64,000 nt of DNA from an uncultured virus (IMG/VR IMGVR_UViG_3300027782_000042) (IMGVR_UViG_3300027782_000042), one strand, 5' to 3'. Counted from the stretch's first letter, positions 1 to 10,687 are shown. Numbers and translations: made by a program. The notes: generated by a model from the letters alone, not told the origin.

Positions 1-1
1 T

Positions 2-124
2 GAACTTTATGTTAAACATGAAATGTCAGAAATTGAAGAAATTATATGGCACTTATTAACTAAAAAATATGGTAATTACCTTATAAATCAATTTGACGGT
101 AGAATCTGTGATGATGAGTATTAA
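2..124 (+). CDS. 3' end of hypothetical protein (partial)
   Basis: Open frame from window edge to TAA at 122-124 (..KKYGNYLINQFDGRICDDEY), resembles C-termini of the small acidic paralogs. Confidence 0.6.
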   Translation, partial: ELYVKHEMSEIEEIIWHLLTKKYGNYLINQFDGRICDDEY

Positions 125-125
125 T

Positions 126-536
126 ATGAACATACAAGAGAACATACAAAGAATTAGAGAAATGATAAATTATAATAATTCTGATTTAATATTATTAGAA
201 TCAATTGATTTGAGTACCGATAAAATTTTAGGTAGACAATTCAAATTGGACCTCATAGAAGAACCACACAAATTCCAAATTGAGGACAAAAATAAAACCT
301 TGATCAAAATGCAAATTAAAGCACCTAATGGTAAATTTATTAACATTGTGGATGTGGATCATGTTGTAGAAGATTTTGGGGATGGCAGTAAAAAATTAGT
401 AGGATATAATTTTAAAGGTAAAAGTGGAACTGTTAAATTGATAGAAGTACAAAATGTAAAAAAAATACTTGATTTTATTGATGACACCGAAAAAAAATCA
501 TTAACCATTTCATTTGTAACTTTTGAAAAAATATAA
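126..536 (+). CDS. hypothetical protein with MNIQENIQRIREM propeptide
   Basis: ORF track; ATG at 126 gives the shared N-terminal motif. Confidence 0.75.
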   Translation: MNIQENIQRIREMINYNNSDLILLESIDLSTDKILGRQFKLDLIEEPHKFQIEDKNKTLIKMQIKAPNGKFINIVDVDHVVEDFGDGSKKLVGYNFKGKSGTVKLIEVQNVKKILDFIDDTEKKSLTISFVTFEKI

Positions 537-538
537 AT

Positions 539-1315
539 ATGAACTTACAAGAACAAATATCAAAAATAAGATCAATGATGATATCTGAGGAGATGGTTCA
601 ATCAGATGCATGGAAATCAATCAAACAAACTTTAGATATCCTTAAAGATAAGAAAAAAGTATTACTACTTAGTTGTTCCAATAGATATAATTTTGATGAA
701 AAGAATATAGACATACCAAAGTCCAAGATGATAGCAATGTACTTGAACGATGAGTTGGGAGATAAGTCAGTATTGATTGATGTTCCCGAACTTAAAATAT
801 TACCTTGTGAGGGTAATGTATCAAGAAAAGATGGAAACAGTTGTGGAGTATTAAAAGCCGCACTTAAAGATAAGAAAAAGAACCCATCAGGGGATCACAG
901 ATGTTGGGTTAATATTAATGAACCTTCAGATGAGTTGTGGAAGATATCAAAAGAGTTATTTGAGTCAGACGCAGTTATATTTTTTAGTTCAATAAGATGG
1001 GGACAAGCAAATATGTATTACCAAAATTTAATTGAGAGATTAAACTGGTTGGAGAATAGACATACAACATTGGGTGAATCTAACATTATCAAAGATATTG
1101 AAACAGGATTTATTTGTGTGGGACAGAATTGGAATGGTGAGAATGTAACCAAAATACAAAAAGAAGTACATGAATTCTACGGGTTCAAACCAAACGATAA
1201 TTTATATTGGAACTGGCAATACACCAAAGATGAGAATGACGAGACACAAAAATCATACAAAGCATCACATAATAAATTTATGAAGGACACTAAACTCCCT
1301 GAAATAAAAGAGTAA
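539..1315 (+). CDS. flavodoxin-like / NADPH-dependent FMN reductase (iron-sulfur flavoprotein-like) with propeptide
   Basis: VLLLSCSNR, ILPCEG..C..C, ESDAVIFFSSIRWGQ..NLIERL motifs. Confidence 0.7.
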   Translation: MNLQEQISKIRSMMISEEMVQSDAWKSIKQTLDILKDKKKVLLLSCSNRYNFDEKNIDIPKSKMIAMYLNDELGDKSVLIDVPELKILPCEGNVSRKDGNSCGVLKAALKDKKKNPSGDHRCWVNINEPSDELWKISKELFESDAVIFFSSIRWGQANMYYQNLIERLNWLENRHTTLGESNIIKDIETGFICVGQNWNGENVTKIQKEVHEFYGFKPNDNLYWNWQYTKDENDETQKSYKASHNKFMKDTKLPEIKE

Positions 1316-1686
1316 TGAACCTACAAGAACAAATATCAAGGATACAATCAATGATGGGGGCGATTAATGAATCCGATATACCTTTAATTATTAGAAGAAG
1401 AGTATCGGCTGAAAATATAGAAGAGGCTTTTGAATCGGCGTTAGATAGAATGGGAGGATCAATGGAAAACCCAAATTCGGTAATATATAAAGAAAAGGGA
1501 ACTACATTAAGATTATTTGCTAAATTTGTAATTGATGAGATGGTAACATATTTAGAACAAGATTATTTTAATGATGATAATCGTATATATTTTGAGGACG
1601 ACGATTTCTATTATGATAAAATTAGAAAACCACTTCTTAAAAATTATGGGAGTAGAATAAAAGAAAGATACAATGAAATAATATGA
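1315..1686 (+). CDS. small acidic paralog-family protein with MNLQEQISRI propeptide
   Basis: ORF track, shared N-terminus, IRRR motif. Confidence 0.8.
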   Translation: MNLQEQISRIQSMMGAINESDIPLIIRRRVSAENIEEAFESALDRMGGSMENPNSVIYKEKGTTLRLFAKFVIDEMVTYLEQDYFNDDNRIYFEDDDFYYDKIRKPLLKNYGSRIKERYNEII

Positions 1687-2036
1687 AACTACAAGAACAC
1701 ATAAGAAGAATACTGATTGAAGAAACTGAAGTTATTCCAACGTCTATGTTGAGAAGAATTGATGGATATGTTAATAATATTTTATTAGCATATGGTAACC
1801 ACAATTTAAAAGGTAGTTTTAGAACTCTTATTGATGAAATTTCCGATTTAATAATAAATGATTTATTGTCGGATTATATTGATAGTATTGGTTATACTGT
1901 AGATGAAGAAGATGAAAAATATGATCAGTCAGTTGTTGATAAGGTATATGACACATATTACAATGTATTAGCGGAGTATATTCAAGGAAATTATTCTGAT
2001 GAAATTTACAAATTATATCATAAAAATAAAAGATGA
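1683..2036 (+). CDS. small acidic paralog-family protein with MKLQEHIRRILIEE propeptide
   Basis: ORF track, overlapping stop/start. Confidence 0.8.
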   Translation: MKLQEHIRRILIEETEVIPTSMLRRIDGYVNNILLAYGNHNLKGSFRTLIDEISDLIINDLLSDYIDSIGYTVDEEDEKYDQSVVDKVYDTYYNVLAEYIQGNYSDEIYKLYHKNKR

Positions 2037-2057
2037 GTAAATTGATAATTATATGAT

Positions 2058-2114
2058 ATGAAACTACAAGAACAAATAATGGTTCAGTATAAGATTAATT
2101 CATTCGGTTCATAG
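2058..2114 (+). pseudogene. propeptide-only remnant (MKLQEQIMVQ...)
   Basis: atgaaactacaagaaca identical to start of 1683 ORF, then stop after 18 codons. Confidence 0.45.
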
Positions 2115-2164
2115 TCCTCCGTTATCACTACGGAATTCACCTCATAATTTAATCTTATACTCTT

Positions 2165-2215
2165 AACAAGAGTAATCTTTACCTTCGTATTAAAAACAAG
2201 AGTAATCTTTACCTT
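2165..2215. repeat. 21-bp direct repeat AACAAGAGTAATCTTTACCTT x2
   Basis: copies at 2165 and 2195. Confidence 0.85.
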
Positions 2216-2932
2216 TCTATAAAGGATATGTGGTAATTATTGGGACATATCTTAAACAGTAATGTAAGGATATAACCTTATAATAAGTCCCCCCCTTTTA
2301 ATCACTACACTTCGTTTCGTTCTCCATTTAATCGGTCTTCGACCTCACCATTTAATCGGTCCCTATTAAGTAGACAAAATTAATATACATTTTGTGTAAC
2401 ACATTATGTGTAATTGTATGTAAGACCAATGGTCTTGATGAGGTAATTGTTATGGTGTGTTATTAGTTGGTAGATGAAGGGGGAACAATGAGTAGTATAA
2501 AATACATTATGTTCCCCACTTATTACCGCTTATTACCACTTAATAATATGTTTACATGTCTATATAAGTTGTCTATTGTTATGGGGTCAAAGGTTAAAAG
2601 GGTCATAAGTTGGACACTTATGGTTCGTTGAAGTTATCTATAAGTGATCTACTAACGACATAAATGTCTGTCCACGGCTACTGTACCATAACTAGATGTT
2701 TTTCGCTGGAGTTTGTCTATAGTAAAAAAATCCCCTCTACAGGTACCACTAGAAGGGTTTTTTTAACTCTTACGATAGCAACAGGACCAATAGTGGTGGG
2801 AAGAAGTGGTAAGTATATACCATAATATAAGTGGTAGAAAGTGGGAAAAGCATTGTGTAGTGACGCGAACGAGCATGACATTTTGACAAAAACAAGAAAA
2901 TTAACATATTTATTTATTAACAATTCCCCCTT

Positions 2933-3244
2933 ATGACACAGTTATTAGAAGTTTTCAATAAAGTTATTAACAAAAGTGGTGATACCATAACCCTGACATA
3001 TTGTCACCATAACTTTTCTGGCACGTGTGTGTACAAAGAACACAACATTGTGGGGCAGAATAAACCAATAAGACAAAGGTTCTACACACTACAGTCAGCA
3101 GACATGGGAGATGTAATAGAGTATATGTATCAACAAGGGATGGTAAAAGATGGGGACTTCAATAAGATAGGATCTGAACTACAGGACTATTCCCTCAGTC
3201 TTATTCATGATCATCAATCTCATCTACAATGTGACGACGAATAA
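2933..3244 (+). CDS. hypothetical protein (start uncertain)
   Basis: ORF track; lies inside the repeat-rich region. Confidence 0.35.
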   Translation: MTQLLEVFNKVINKSGDTITLTYCHHNFSGTCVYKEHNIVGQNKPIRQRFYTLQSADMGDVIEYMYQQGMVKDGDFNKIGSELQDYSLSLIHDHQSHLQCDDE

Positions 3245-4073
3245 AGTCTGAGACCTTTGACTTGGGGAAGTATTTCAAGAAGAAGGCACACAGTGTCATC
3301 CCCCAAAGTAAGAGACAGATAAGAATAAGATATACAGTTAAAAGATTTTCCATGGTACAAATATAATGGATACAATTTACCTTTTCAAGATCTACGTTAT
3401 ATTTATTATAGAACTTATTTTCCCCACAGTAGGGAGTTAGTTAATCAGGATCCCAAGGGACCATAAAGATTAAGATGAGGTCAACCAAATAACAATGTCA
3501 CTTTCCTATTTATGATGGGGAATTTTTTTATGCCTAATTGTTTTGCCATGTCAAATATATATCGTATCTTAGAGTATTGGTTTGGGGGTTATACTCTAGA
3601 CGACTACTCTGAAAGATGAGAAGCAAGTGGACTCCAACCTGCCTTATACTTTTCCCCATACTATAATATAAAGCAGGGTGGAGTCTACCCTCTTAGAGAA
3701 GAACTTGTTTCCCTGACCCGTCTCGGTATATGAACCACTGACAATATAAAGGTACGGGATTTAATTGACACCACCAAACTATCCCCCATGTTTATTCATT
3801 AAAAGATATTAACAACCCATAGGGGATCATAAAGTTATCAACATGACAGACTGACATAGGACGGGGGTCAAATGGGTTTGGCATACCCCTCCCCTATGGG
3901 GGTATATAAGAACTACCCCCTCCCCCCTCCCGTATGCCCCCTTATATGACATATTGACAGGGGGAAAAGGGGGTTCAATCCCAAAAATGAAATATTCGTA
4001 AAAAAATTCTGGAAAAATTTTTGGGAAAAATCGGAAATATTCCCCCATACTAATTGGTGGTATATTTATTACT

Positions 4074-4352
4074 ATGAGGATTATTATTACGGAAGCACAA
4101 AATAATAGATGGTGGTTACTAAGAAGATATAAGTTAGTTGAGAATAGTTTTGAAGAAACCCTTGACACTATTACTCCTTGTAAGTTTAAATCTTTTGATG
4201 AATACGAAAGAAGATTTGTAAACATTATGATGGATGAACTTCACCCTGTATATTATTTGATGGATGATTTTGACTACGATGGGATTATGTCTGAACTAAA
4301 GGATATGTTCTATGTTGAGTTAACTGAAATATACTACGAACGTAATTGTTAA
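4074..4352 (+). CDS. small acidic paralog-family protein, MRIIITEAQ propeptide
   Basis: ORF track; TATTTAT upstream. Confidence 0.8.
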   Translation: MRIIITEAQNNRWWLLRRYKLVENSFEETLDTITPCKFKSFDEYERRFVNIMMDELHPVYYLMDDFDYDGIMSELKDMFYVELTEIYYERNC

Positions 4353-4471
4353 TATAATATGTAAAGTAAAACCCTTCTAATCTGTAAAGTCGACCCCCTA
4401 TTTTAATTAACCCCCCATTTCTAAAAAAAATTTTTGGAAAATTTTGATATTTATTTGTATATAACAAAATT

Positions 4472-4663
4472 ATGCGTAAAGTCAGAAGAAGAAAAAACCA
4501 TATGAACATTATGGTTATTAATGAAGTCAATCAAATTGAGATTGTCCACGTACCAAATCATCTATCGGATGAATACATAAAGACATTTAATCTAATGGAA
4601 ATTCCAACCAAGGATGAACTATATGATTTTTTATTGGATCATAATAGTTTAAAGGTTAAATAA
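4472..4663 (+). CDS. hypothetical protein
   Basis: ORF track; TATTTAT upstream. Confidence 0.55.
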   Translation: MRKVRRRKNHMNIMVINEVNQIEIVHVPNHLSDEYIKTFNLMEIPTKDELYDFLLDHNSLKVK

Positions 4664-4699
4664 CTTTGTAAGTCCCATGTATTTATTAATAAAAATAAT

Positions 4700-5140
4700 A
4701 TGAAAAACATTAACGATTATAAAAAAAGATTTTACAACTTAATGGAATCCACAATGGGTGATGTTAGACCGTTAATAATGGAACAGTCAGGAACCACTCA
4801 AACTACAGGGGGAACTGTTACCACAGGATCTACACAAACAACGGGAGGTACTGTTACCACATCTGGAGGAACTCAAACACAAAAATCAATGCGTCCTATA
4901 ATTAATAAAACTCACGATAAGAATTACATCTACATTTATCTGCCTTTAACTGGCAAATATTATTTTATGGGACAACCAAATACTCCGGCAAATAAAAAAT
5001 ACCCTAAACCTGTGGAGGCCACGGGAGCTGGATTGGAGTCCATTAAGAAAAATGTGAAATTTACCCCCACAAATACCTCACCATCAGCATTAAGTACATC
5101 TATGTCTTCATCTTCACTAAATTCACTAAAGATTGATTAA
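4700..5140 (+). CDS. hypothetical protein with MESTMGDVRPLIME propeptide and Thr/Gly repeats
   Basis: ORF track. Confidence 0.8.
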   Translation: MKNINDYKKRFYNLMESTMGDVRPLIMEQSGTTQTTGGTVTTGSTQTTGGTVTTSGGTQTQKSMRPIINKTHDKNYIYIYLPLTGKYYFMGQPNTPANKKYPKPVEATGAGLESIKKNVKFTPTNTSPSALSTSMSSSSLNSLKID

Positions 5141-5150
5141 TAAAAATAAT

Positions 5151-5879
5151 ATGAACACAATTCGAGATTATAAAAATAGATTTAACCAATTGATGGAATC
5201 CACAATGGGGGATGTTAGGCCACTTATTTCTGAACAAGAAGTTAAAGACTTTTCGAATGAAATTTTTGAAGACCTAAAGAAAAACGGTTTTACTATTAAT
5301 AATTCTAACGCTAAACTTGTTGAAGCCAAAAAAGGAACTCTTTCACTTTCATTTCAACTACAGGTTGATTCTCAACAACAGAAATATTATAAACTAATTT
5401 TAATAGATTATCAGTCGGCAGTTGATCTTAATGTTGAAAAGATTACACCTGATCTACTAACCACATTTACTGGTGTTGATCAGAGTGGAAAATATGTTGG
5501 TCCGATTTATACTAAACCAACTGAAGAAGATAAGGAGTTTTTAAATACCTTATCTAGAAAAGATAAGTGGGAGATGACAACTAGTGGTCCCACAGAAAAA
5601 AAACCAGGATTCTATATGTGGAGATCTAGTCTGGGGGATCTTAATCTTACAACTTTAGGACAATCAAAGGAAACCACAAACATTTACAACTACATGAAGG
5701 ACTTCTATGCTATGGGTATTACCGCTCAAAAATATCAAAATTTTAATAATGCAGATTTAAAAGGACAAGTTAAGATTGTTGGTCAAGAACTTAAATCACT
5801 TGCGGCACCTGTGGTTGACAAGGCCAAACAAGGAATACAAAATATGGTGTCTAAAGTTAAAACAAAACTACAACGTTAA
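5151..5879 (+). CDS. hypothetical protein with MESTMGDVRPLISE propeptide
   Basis: ORF track; N-terminus paralogous to 4700. Confidence 0.8.
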   Translation: MNTIRDYKNRFNQLMESTMGDVRPLISEQEVKDFSNEIFEDLKKNGFTINNSNAKLVEAKKGTLSLSFQLQVDSQQQKYYKLILIDYQSAVDLNVEKITPDLLTTFTGVDQSGKYVGPIYTKPTEEDKEFLNTLSRKDKWEMTTSGPTEKKPGFYMWRSSLGDLNLTTLGQSKETTNIYNYMKDFYAMGITAQKYQNFNNADLKGQVKIVGQELKSLAAPVVDKAKQGIQNMVSKVKTKLQR

Positions 5880-5884
5880 AAATT

Positions 5885-6277
5885 ATGAAAAAAATTATAA
5901 GATTAACAGAACAAGATTTGGCTCTTATTGTTAAACGATTAGTTAATGAAAACTTTAAAGAAATTTCATGGGAGGATATTTGGTTTAAGTTAAGAAGATT
6001 ATCACAAAGTTTTCATTTCCCTTCGGATCCGGTATATAGTTTTGGTGGTCTTGATTTTATGGTTTCGGAAGATGGAGAAAGTTTGGACTTAATGGATTTT
6101 TATAAAGATCCTTATATGTGGAGAAATGAATACGATGAAGGTGTTGATGTTTTAAACAGGTATTCAGATAAAATTAGTAACTTTGTTGATGAGTTTAATT
6201 TAAAATACGACCATCCATTTACCCTTATGTTTAAAATGGATTCAAATTATAATATGAAATTTTATACTGAAAATTAA
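5885..6277 (+). CDS. hypothetical protein with MKKIIRLTEQDL propeptide
   Basis: ORF track. Confidence 0.8.
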   Translation: MKKIIRLTEQDLALIVKRLVNENFKEISWEDIWFKLRRLSQSFHFPSDPVYSFGGLDFMVSEDGESLDLMDFYKDPYMWRNEYDEGVDVLNRYSDKISNFVDEFNLKYDHPFTLMFKMDSNYNMKFYTEN

Positions 6278-6282
6278 ATAAT

Positions 6283-6657
6283 GTGAAAATCATAATTACA
6301 GAAAATCAGTACGAACAATTATTTAAGGATCTTCCTGTTCTTCTTAAAAGAAGAATAACTCGAAAGGACTTGGAGTATCTTGATAAAGAAGTAATACTTA
6401 ATATGAGGTATATCCCGGTTTATAATGATTTTGAGGATTATTTAAATTCTATAATCACTAACCTTGTTCACGAATTTGTTTTACACGAAAAGTACGATGA
6501 AATTGAAACCGAACACGATCCTGAGTATGGGGAAGTTTATGTAGACCTAAGTAGAAATAGAGCTATGGAGATATATTGGAAAATAATCCCCTTTCTTGAA
6601 AAACGATATAAGGATATGATATTACAATCTTGGGAAAAAAGAAAATCAATGGGGTAA
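6283..6657 (+). CDS. small acidic paralog-family protein, MKIIITENQ propeptide
   Basis: ORF track, GTG start. Confidence 0.8.
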   Translation: MKIIITENQYEQLFKDLPVLLKRRITRKDLEYLDKEVILNMRYIPVYNDFEDYLNSIITNLVHEFVLHEKYDEIETEHDPEYGEVYVDLSRNRAMEIYWKIIPFLEKRYKDMILQSWEKRKSMG

Positions 6658-6762
6658 CATTTACTCTCGTTCTTTAAACAAGGGCGTTTATTACTCTCGT
6701 TTGTATAAACACAACCCCATCTTTATTTTATAGTTCGGTATATTTATAATTAAAATAATATT

Positions 6763-7503
6763 ATGAGAAGACTTATATTTGAAAATGTATTTCAGGACTA
6801 TGAATTTTTGGATAGAAAAGAAGAACTATTTAATTTTCTATATTCCATAGGAATGGATTCAAACTCAGACAAAAGTTATGCTGATATAAATAAAGATGGA
6901 GAAAAAGATACTCTAATGGTAAACTTTAATATGGGTAATGTTACAGTTTATGTTGGATTATGTAATTTTTCTAACGGTGAGTTTAAATATCTTTTATATG
7001 TAAAATCAAGTGAAGGTATTGTTTTAAAACCAACCTTTTTTGATTCAGTTGAGGAAATTGAAAATAATGTTTCACCTTATATTAAAACCGCCTATGATGA
7101 TACAAAATTATCGTATCTTGGAATTGAAAATGAAAAAGAATACATGCCATCAAAATCAGAATATAATGACATGTTAAATTCTGCGATTGATTCCCAAGAT
7201 TGGGAGGAGGTTCGTAGGATACAAAATAAATATGGAAAACTTTATGAAAGTATGAAAAAAATTATAAGACTAACAGAATCGGATTTAACAAGACTTATTA
7301 AAAGGGTTATTAAAGAATCTGCAGATGATGGAGAGATTGATATGTCAAATTTACCAAATGAAATTAAAGATTTCGTGTTTAGATATGGTAACGTATCTAG
7401 TGACGCAACTGATGAAGAAATTATGGACGATCTTTATAGTTTAAGAGGAAGTGAAGACCGTAATATTAGTCGTCATGCAGTAAGATTGACAAGAAGATTA
7501 TAA
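6763..7503 (+). CDS. hypothetical protein containing an internal MKKIIRLTESDL module at 7252
   Basis: ORF track. Confidence 0.8.
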   Translation: MRRLIFENVFQDYEFLDRKEELFNFLYSIGMDSNSDKSYADINKDGEKDTLMVNFNMGNVTVYVGLCNFSNGEFKYLLYVKSSEGIVLKPTFFDSVEEIENNVSPYIKTAYDDTKLSYLGIENEKEYMPSKSEYNDMLNSAIDSQDWEEVRRIQNKYGKLYESMKKIIRLTESDLTRLIKRVIKESADDGEIDMSNLPNEIKDFVFRYGNVSSDATDEEIMDDLYSLRGSEDRNISRHAVRLTRRL

Positions 7504-7525
7504 CCACAGAATAAAAACGATAATT

Positions 7526-7560
7526 ACCCCATTCTCTAATAAGAGTGGGGTTTTCTTTTT
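7526..7560 (+). terminator. intrinsic terminator
   Basis: ACCCCATTCT/AGAGTGGGGT hairpin plus T tract. Confidence 0.75.
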
Positions 7561-7593
7561 ACTTTATATGTTTATATTTATAATAAAAAACTT

Positions 7594-8274
7594 ATGAAAA
7601 AATTATTATTATTTATTGTTACTGCTACTATGTTATTTAGTTGTGGTAAAGAAACAAAAACTGAAACGTTAGAAGATGTTGAGTCTGATAAAATTGTTAT
7701 GGTACATGATGGGTCTTTTGCTTTTTGTGGGGCATCGGCAGCAGTTCCTACGGGAAGAAAGATTATAGTACAAGGAGTTGAGTATGACGAGGGTTGTGCA
7801 ATCTGTCCTGTATTAAACGGACCATCTCTTTCAAGTTTGGCGATGGAAGGAGTAAGTGGAACTTATGGTAAGTTCAATGTTGAGAAAAACTTCCAAACTC
7901 CTGATGGTACAAGTAATACCGTATGGTCTTTATTTTGGTATTATGATACAACTACTACTATCCCTCAATTTAACCCTTCAACTAAGGAGTGGGAATATAT
8001 GACACCATATAACAGATCGTTTGTTATTAACTTGGATTCACCAAGTACAAGTGAGAGTAATATGTTTGCTATGCCGGGGATTATCTTTGATACAACATCT
8101 TCAGGTATTGTACTTGCTAAAGTATATGGTCCACTTAATGAGGCTGCGGTTCCATTGAGAAAAGCGATCCCTGTAAAGAACGGACAGACATCGGTTACCG
8201 CCGCTAAGGTTGGTTTCCCTTACCCTGTTGGAACTCCGATCCCATCACATACATTCTACAAGAAAAAAAACTAA
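7594..8274 (+). CDS. putative lipoprotein
   Basis: MKKLLLFIVTATMLFSC lipobox signal. Confidence 0.75.
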   Translation: MKKLLLFIVTATMLFSCGKETKTETLEDVESDKIVMVHDGSFAFCGASAAVPTGRKIIVQGVEYDEGCAICPVLNGPSLSSLAMEGVSGTYGKFNVEKNFQTPDGTSNTVWSLFWYYDTTTTIPQFNPSTKEWEYMTPYNRSFVINLDSPSTSESNMFAMPGIIFDTTSSGIVLAKVYGPLNEAAVPLRKAIPVKNGQTSVTAAKVGFPYPVGTPIPSHTFYKKKN

Positions 8275-8291
8275 CTAAAAATTAAAATTTT

Positions 8292-8320
8292 AAACCCCAC
8301 CTCATCAGTGGGGTTTTTTG
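8292..8320 (+). terminator. intrinsic terminator
   Basis: AAACCCCAC/GTGGGGTTT hairpin plus T tract. Confidence 0.75.
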
Positions 8321-8343
8321 TTTCCCCATATATTTATTGTTGT

Positions 8344-8667
8344 ATGAAAATCATTATAACTGAAAGTCAAAAACAATCATTGGATTATTATCAATTATCT
8401 AACTGTATTAAACGAAGGTTGGATATTGATGCACTTGATAAGATTGTTATTAAAGCTATGGAAGTGTTGGTTGGTGTTAGGTCTTCGATTGAAAGTTTTG
8501 TTGAATCCGTATGTAATTTTACCTATGACAAACTTGATTTAGAATATGGTATTGAAATATGTTGGGGGGATGAAACTTGGGAACAGTTCTCTATACCAAT
8601 TAAACGATTTTTGGACTCAAGGTATGATGACACTATAAAAAAGTATTTTGAAAATTACTATAATTAA
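8344..8667 (+). CDS. small acidic paralog-family protein, MKIIITESQ propeptide
   Basis: ORF track, start adjusted. Confidence 0.8.
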   Translation: MKIIITESQKQSLDYYQLSNCIKRRLDIDALDKIVIKAMEVLVGVRSSIESFVESVCNFTYDKLDLEYGIEICWGDETWEQFSIPIKRFLDSRYDDTIKKYFENYYN

Positions 8668-8674
8668 AAGTATA

Positions 8675-8983
8675 ATGAATAACAGTTTTATAATAAGAAG
8701 GTATGATCGCATTAACGAAATTGTTAATGAAAAGATGATGTATTATCCCCCGTGTGATTATACCTACATTGGTGGATTTAATGATTACTTTGATGATGTT
8801 TCAACTGCAGTTATACGTGAAGTTGTTGATATTGATCTTAATTTAGAATGGGAAAAGGCAATGGACATGATTGATGATTTTTCATACATGATGGAAAATA
8901 GTATTAGAGAAATATTTTTTCGTAAAATAAAATCATACTTTGATAAAATTCATAAAAAGGGATGTGGGGAAGGTGGATTATGA
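8675..8983 (+). CDS. small acidic paralog-family protein
   Basis: FIIRRY..PPCDY motif. Confidence 0.75.
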   Translation: MNNSFIIRRYDRINEIVNEKMMYYPPCDYTYIGGFNDYFDDVSTAVIREVVDIDLNLEWEKAMDMIDDFSYMMENSIREIFFRKIKSYFDKIHKKGCGEGGL

Positions 8984-9438
8984 AAATAATAATTACAGAG
9001 GACCAATACGGATTATTATCTGAGATGATTAAACTTGACATTAAAGTTGGCGACACTATAATGGGGGGTAAGTTTAAAAACAAAAAGGTTGTTGTTAAAA
9101 CAATTGGAAAAAATGATAAGGGTGATATTACAATTAACGGTAAACCATTATTAAGATTTAGAATATTAAAAGAAAATAACTTTCATTTGCGTAGAAGAGA
9201 ATCTATGATGAAAGAAAAATTGGATTGGATAGTTCGTAATAATTTTGATAATGAAGAACTTAAATTTACTCCTTTTGAACATTTTAGATTACATATATCT
9301 GATTATGTTGGTAGCCAAATGGCAAACGAACTTAATTTAAGTGGGGATGAAAAGGTTATATTTAGAAATCAGATAATCCAGTATATTCGTAGTAATTTTT
9401 ATGAATACTTAAAAGAAATTTGGGAGTCTAATCGGTAA
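8980..9438 (+). CDS. hypothetical protein, MKIIITEDQ propeptide
   Basis: ORF track, start adjusted. Confidence 0.8.
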   Translation: MKIIITEDQYGLLSEMIKLDIKVGDTIMGGKFKNKKVVVKTIGKNDKGDITINGKPLLRFRILKENNFHLRRRESMMKEKLDWIVRNNFDNEELKFTPFEHFRLHISDYVGSQMANELNLSGDEKVIFRNQIIQYIRSNFYEYLKEIWESNR

Positions 9439-9656
9439 CTATAATAAATCTTAATTTTCTTCCTTTTTGATTGGGTCCGGAAACCGAACCCGACTTCGTC
9501 GGAATTTTTTGACCGTCCGACCCCTTCGGGTATTTTTAAATTATTTAAGTCGTTTACTTAATGGGTCTCTCAGAAAAAAGGAATCCTTAATAAATTAATT
9601 ATGAAAAAAATGATTTTTTTAAGATAACATATATTTATAAATAAAGAAAAATAATT

Positions 9657-10166
9657 ATGAAAAAAATAATCAGATTAACTGAGTCCGATCTTGCAAGAAT
9701 CGTAAGACGAGTAATTAGAGAAGAAGAAATGGGTGGTCCTGGTGACGAATCCATGAGCATGTCCAAGGCGAGCAATAACATGGGTGGTACTGTTCCTGGA
9801 TGTAAAGACACAAAGTCTGCAACAGGACAAAATTTGGGTTGTGTTACAAACAGAAAACCTTATTACGATATGATGAAAAAAGGTAAGATACCAGACGTTA
9901 TATTAACATATAAACTTGACGGACCTTGGTTTGATAACCACACATATACTTCAATGTTTGATATGGCAACACCTGGTATGGGATTAGACGATAAAACGTT
10001 AGCCTATCAATTATATGCCGTTAGACAAGGAAATTATGGTGTTAACCCATCACAAGCAAATGCAACTTTTAAATTAGGTGCAGATGAACGACAAAAAGCT
10101 CAAGATATCGGTGGTATTAACGCTCAACTTGAAAAAGTATTCAGAGGGTCCGCAAGTCCAAGATAA
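9657..10166 (+). CDS. hypothetical protein, MKKIIRLTESDL propeptide
   Basis: ORF track. Confidence 0.8.
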   Translation: MKKIIRLTESDLARIVRRVIREEEMGGPGDESMSMSKASNNMGGTVPGCKDTKSATGQNLGCVTNRKPYYDMMKKGKIPDVILTYKLDGPWFDNHTYTSMFDMATPGMGLDDKTLAYQLYAVRQGNYGVNPSQANATFKLGADERQKAQDIGGINAQLEKVFRGSASPR

Positions 10167-10634
10167 TTATTTAATATCCATTTTAAAATCTAAGAATTCA
10201 TATCGATTATAGTCGTTATTGTACTCTAAATTTCTTTCAATATAGTCGACCTTGTTTAATACAGGGTCGATTTTTATTTTTGTGTAGATTGATGGTACGT
10301 TACCCATCAAATCATTATCAAAAAAATAGACTTCATATGAATTAATATTTTTCACAACTTTAATTGAATCGATAAAAACTGAAGAACCATCAGAAAAATT
10401 TACATTAAGGGTGTTATTTTTTAAATCAATAAAGTATTCTGTATTTGTTTCTCTAATTTCTTTGTTATAAACAACCGAATCTATATTTCTTGTGTAATTA
10501 ATTTTTCTAACTGAAATACTAATTAAAGAATCATTTGGTTCTGTTTTATAATTAACATTGTCATTTAAATTTACGTCTTTTACAATAAATGAAGTGAAGA
10601 CAAAGAACAAGAAAGAGATAATAAAAGTTTTCAT
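10167..10634 (-). CDS. putative secreted protein
   Basis: N-terminal signal peptide; host-type promoter upstream. Confidence 0.7.
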   Translation of the reverse strand: MKTFIISFLFFVFTSFIVKDVNLNDNVNYKTEPNDSLISISVRKINYTRNIDSVVYNKEIRETNTEYFIDLKNNTLNVNFSDGSSVFIDSIKVVKNINSYEVYFFDNDLMGNVPSIYTKIKIDPVLNKVDYIERNLEYNNDYNRYEFLDFKMDIK

Positions 10635-10656
10635 AATATTTTTTTTAAGGTTATTA

Positions 10657-10687
10657 CAAATGTAATGGATTTTTTTGGTTCAAACAA
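10657..10687 (-). promoter_or_regulatory. Bacteroidota sigma70-type promoter
   Basis: minus strand TTG...TACATTTG. Confidence 0.55.

Larger units (their letters stand above)
2115..4060. other. largely non-coding repeat-rich region, candidate origin or packaging/terminus region
   Basis: few credible ORFs, short direct repeats, TGACA-N3-TG(A/T)CA x4, TTATTAACA-type 9-mers, G/C runs. Confidence 0.4.

Noticed and set aside
2165..2545. CRISPR array
   Set aside because: Only 2-3 copies of short repeats with <10-nt spacers; no cas genes.
3827..4530. Minus-strand ORFs 3827-4225 and 4285-4530
   Set aside because: Antisense to a motif-bearing gene and run through low-complexity non-coding DNA.
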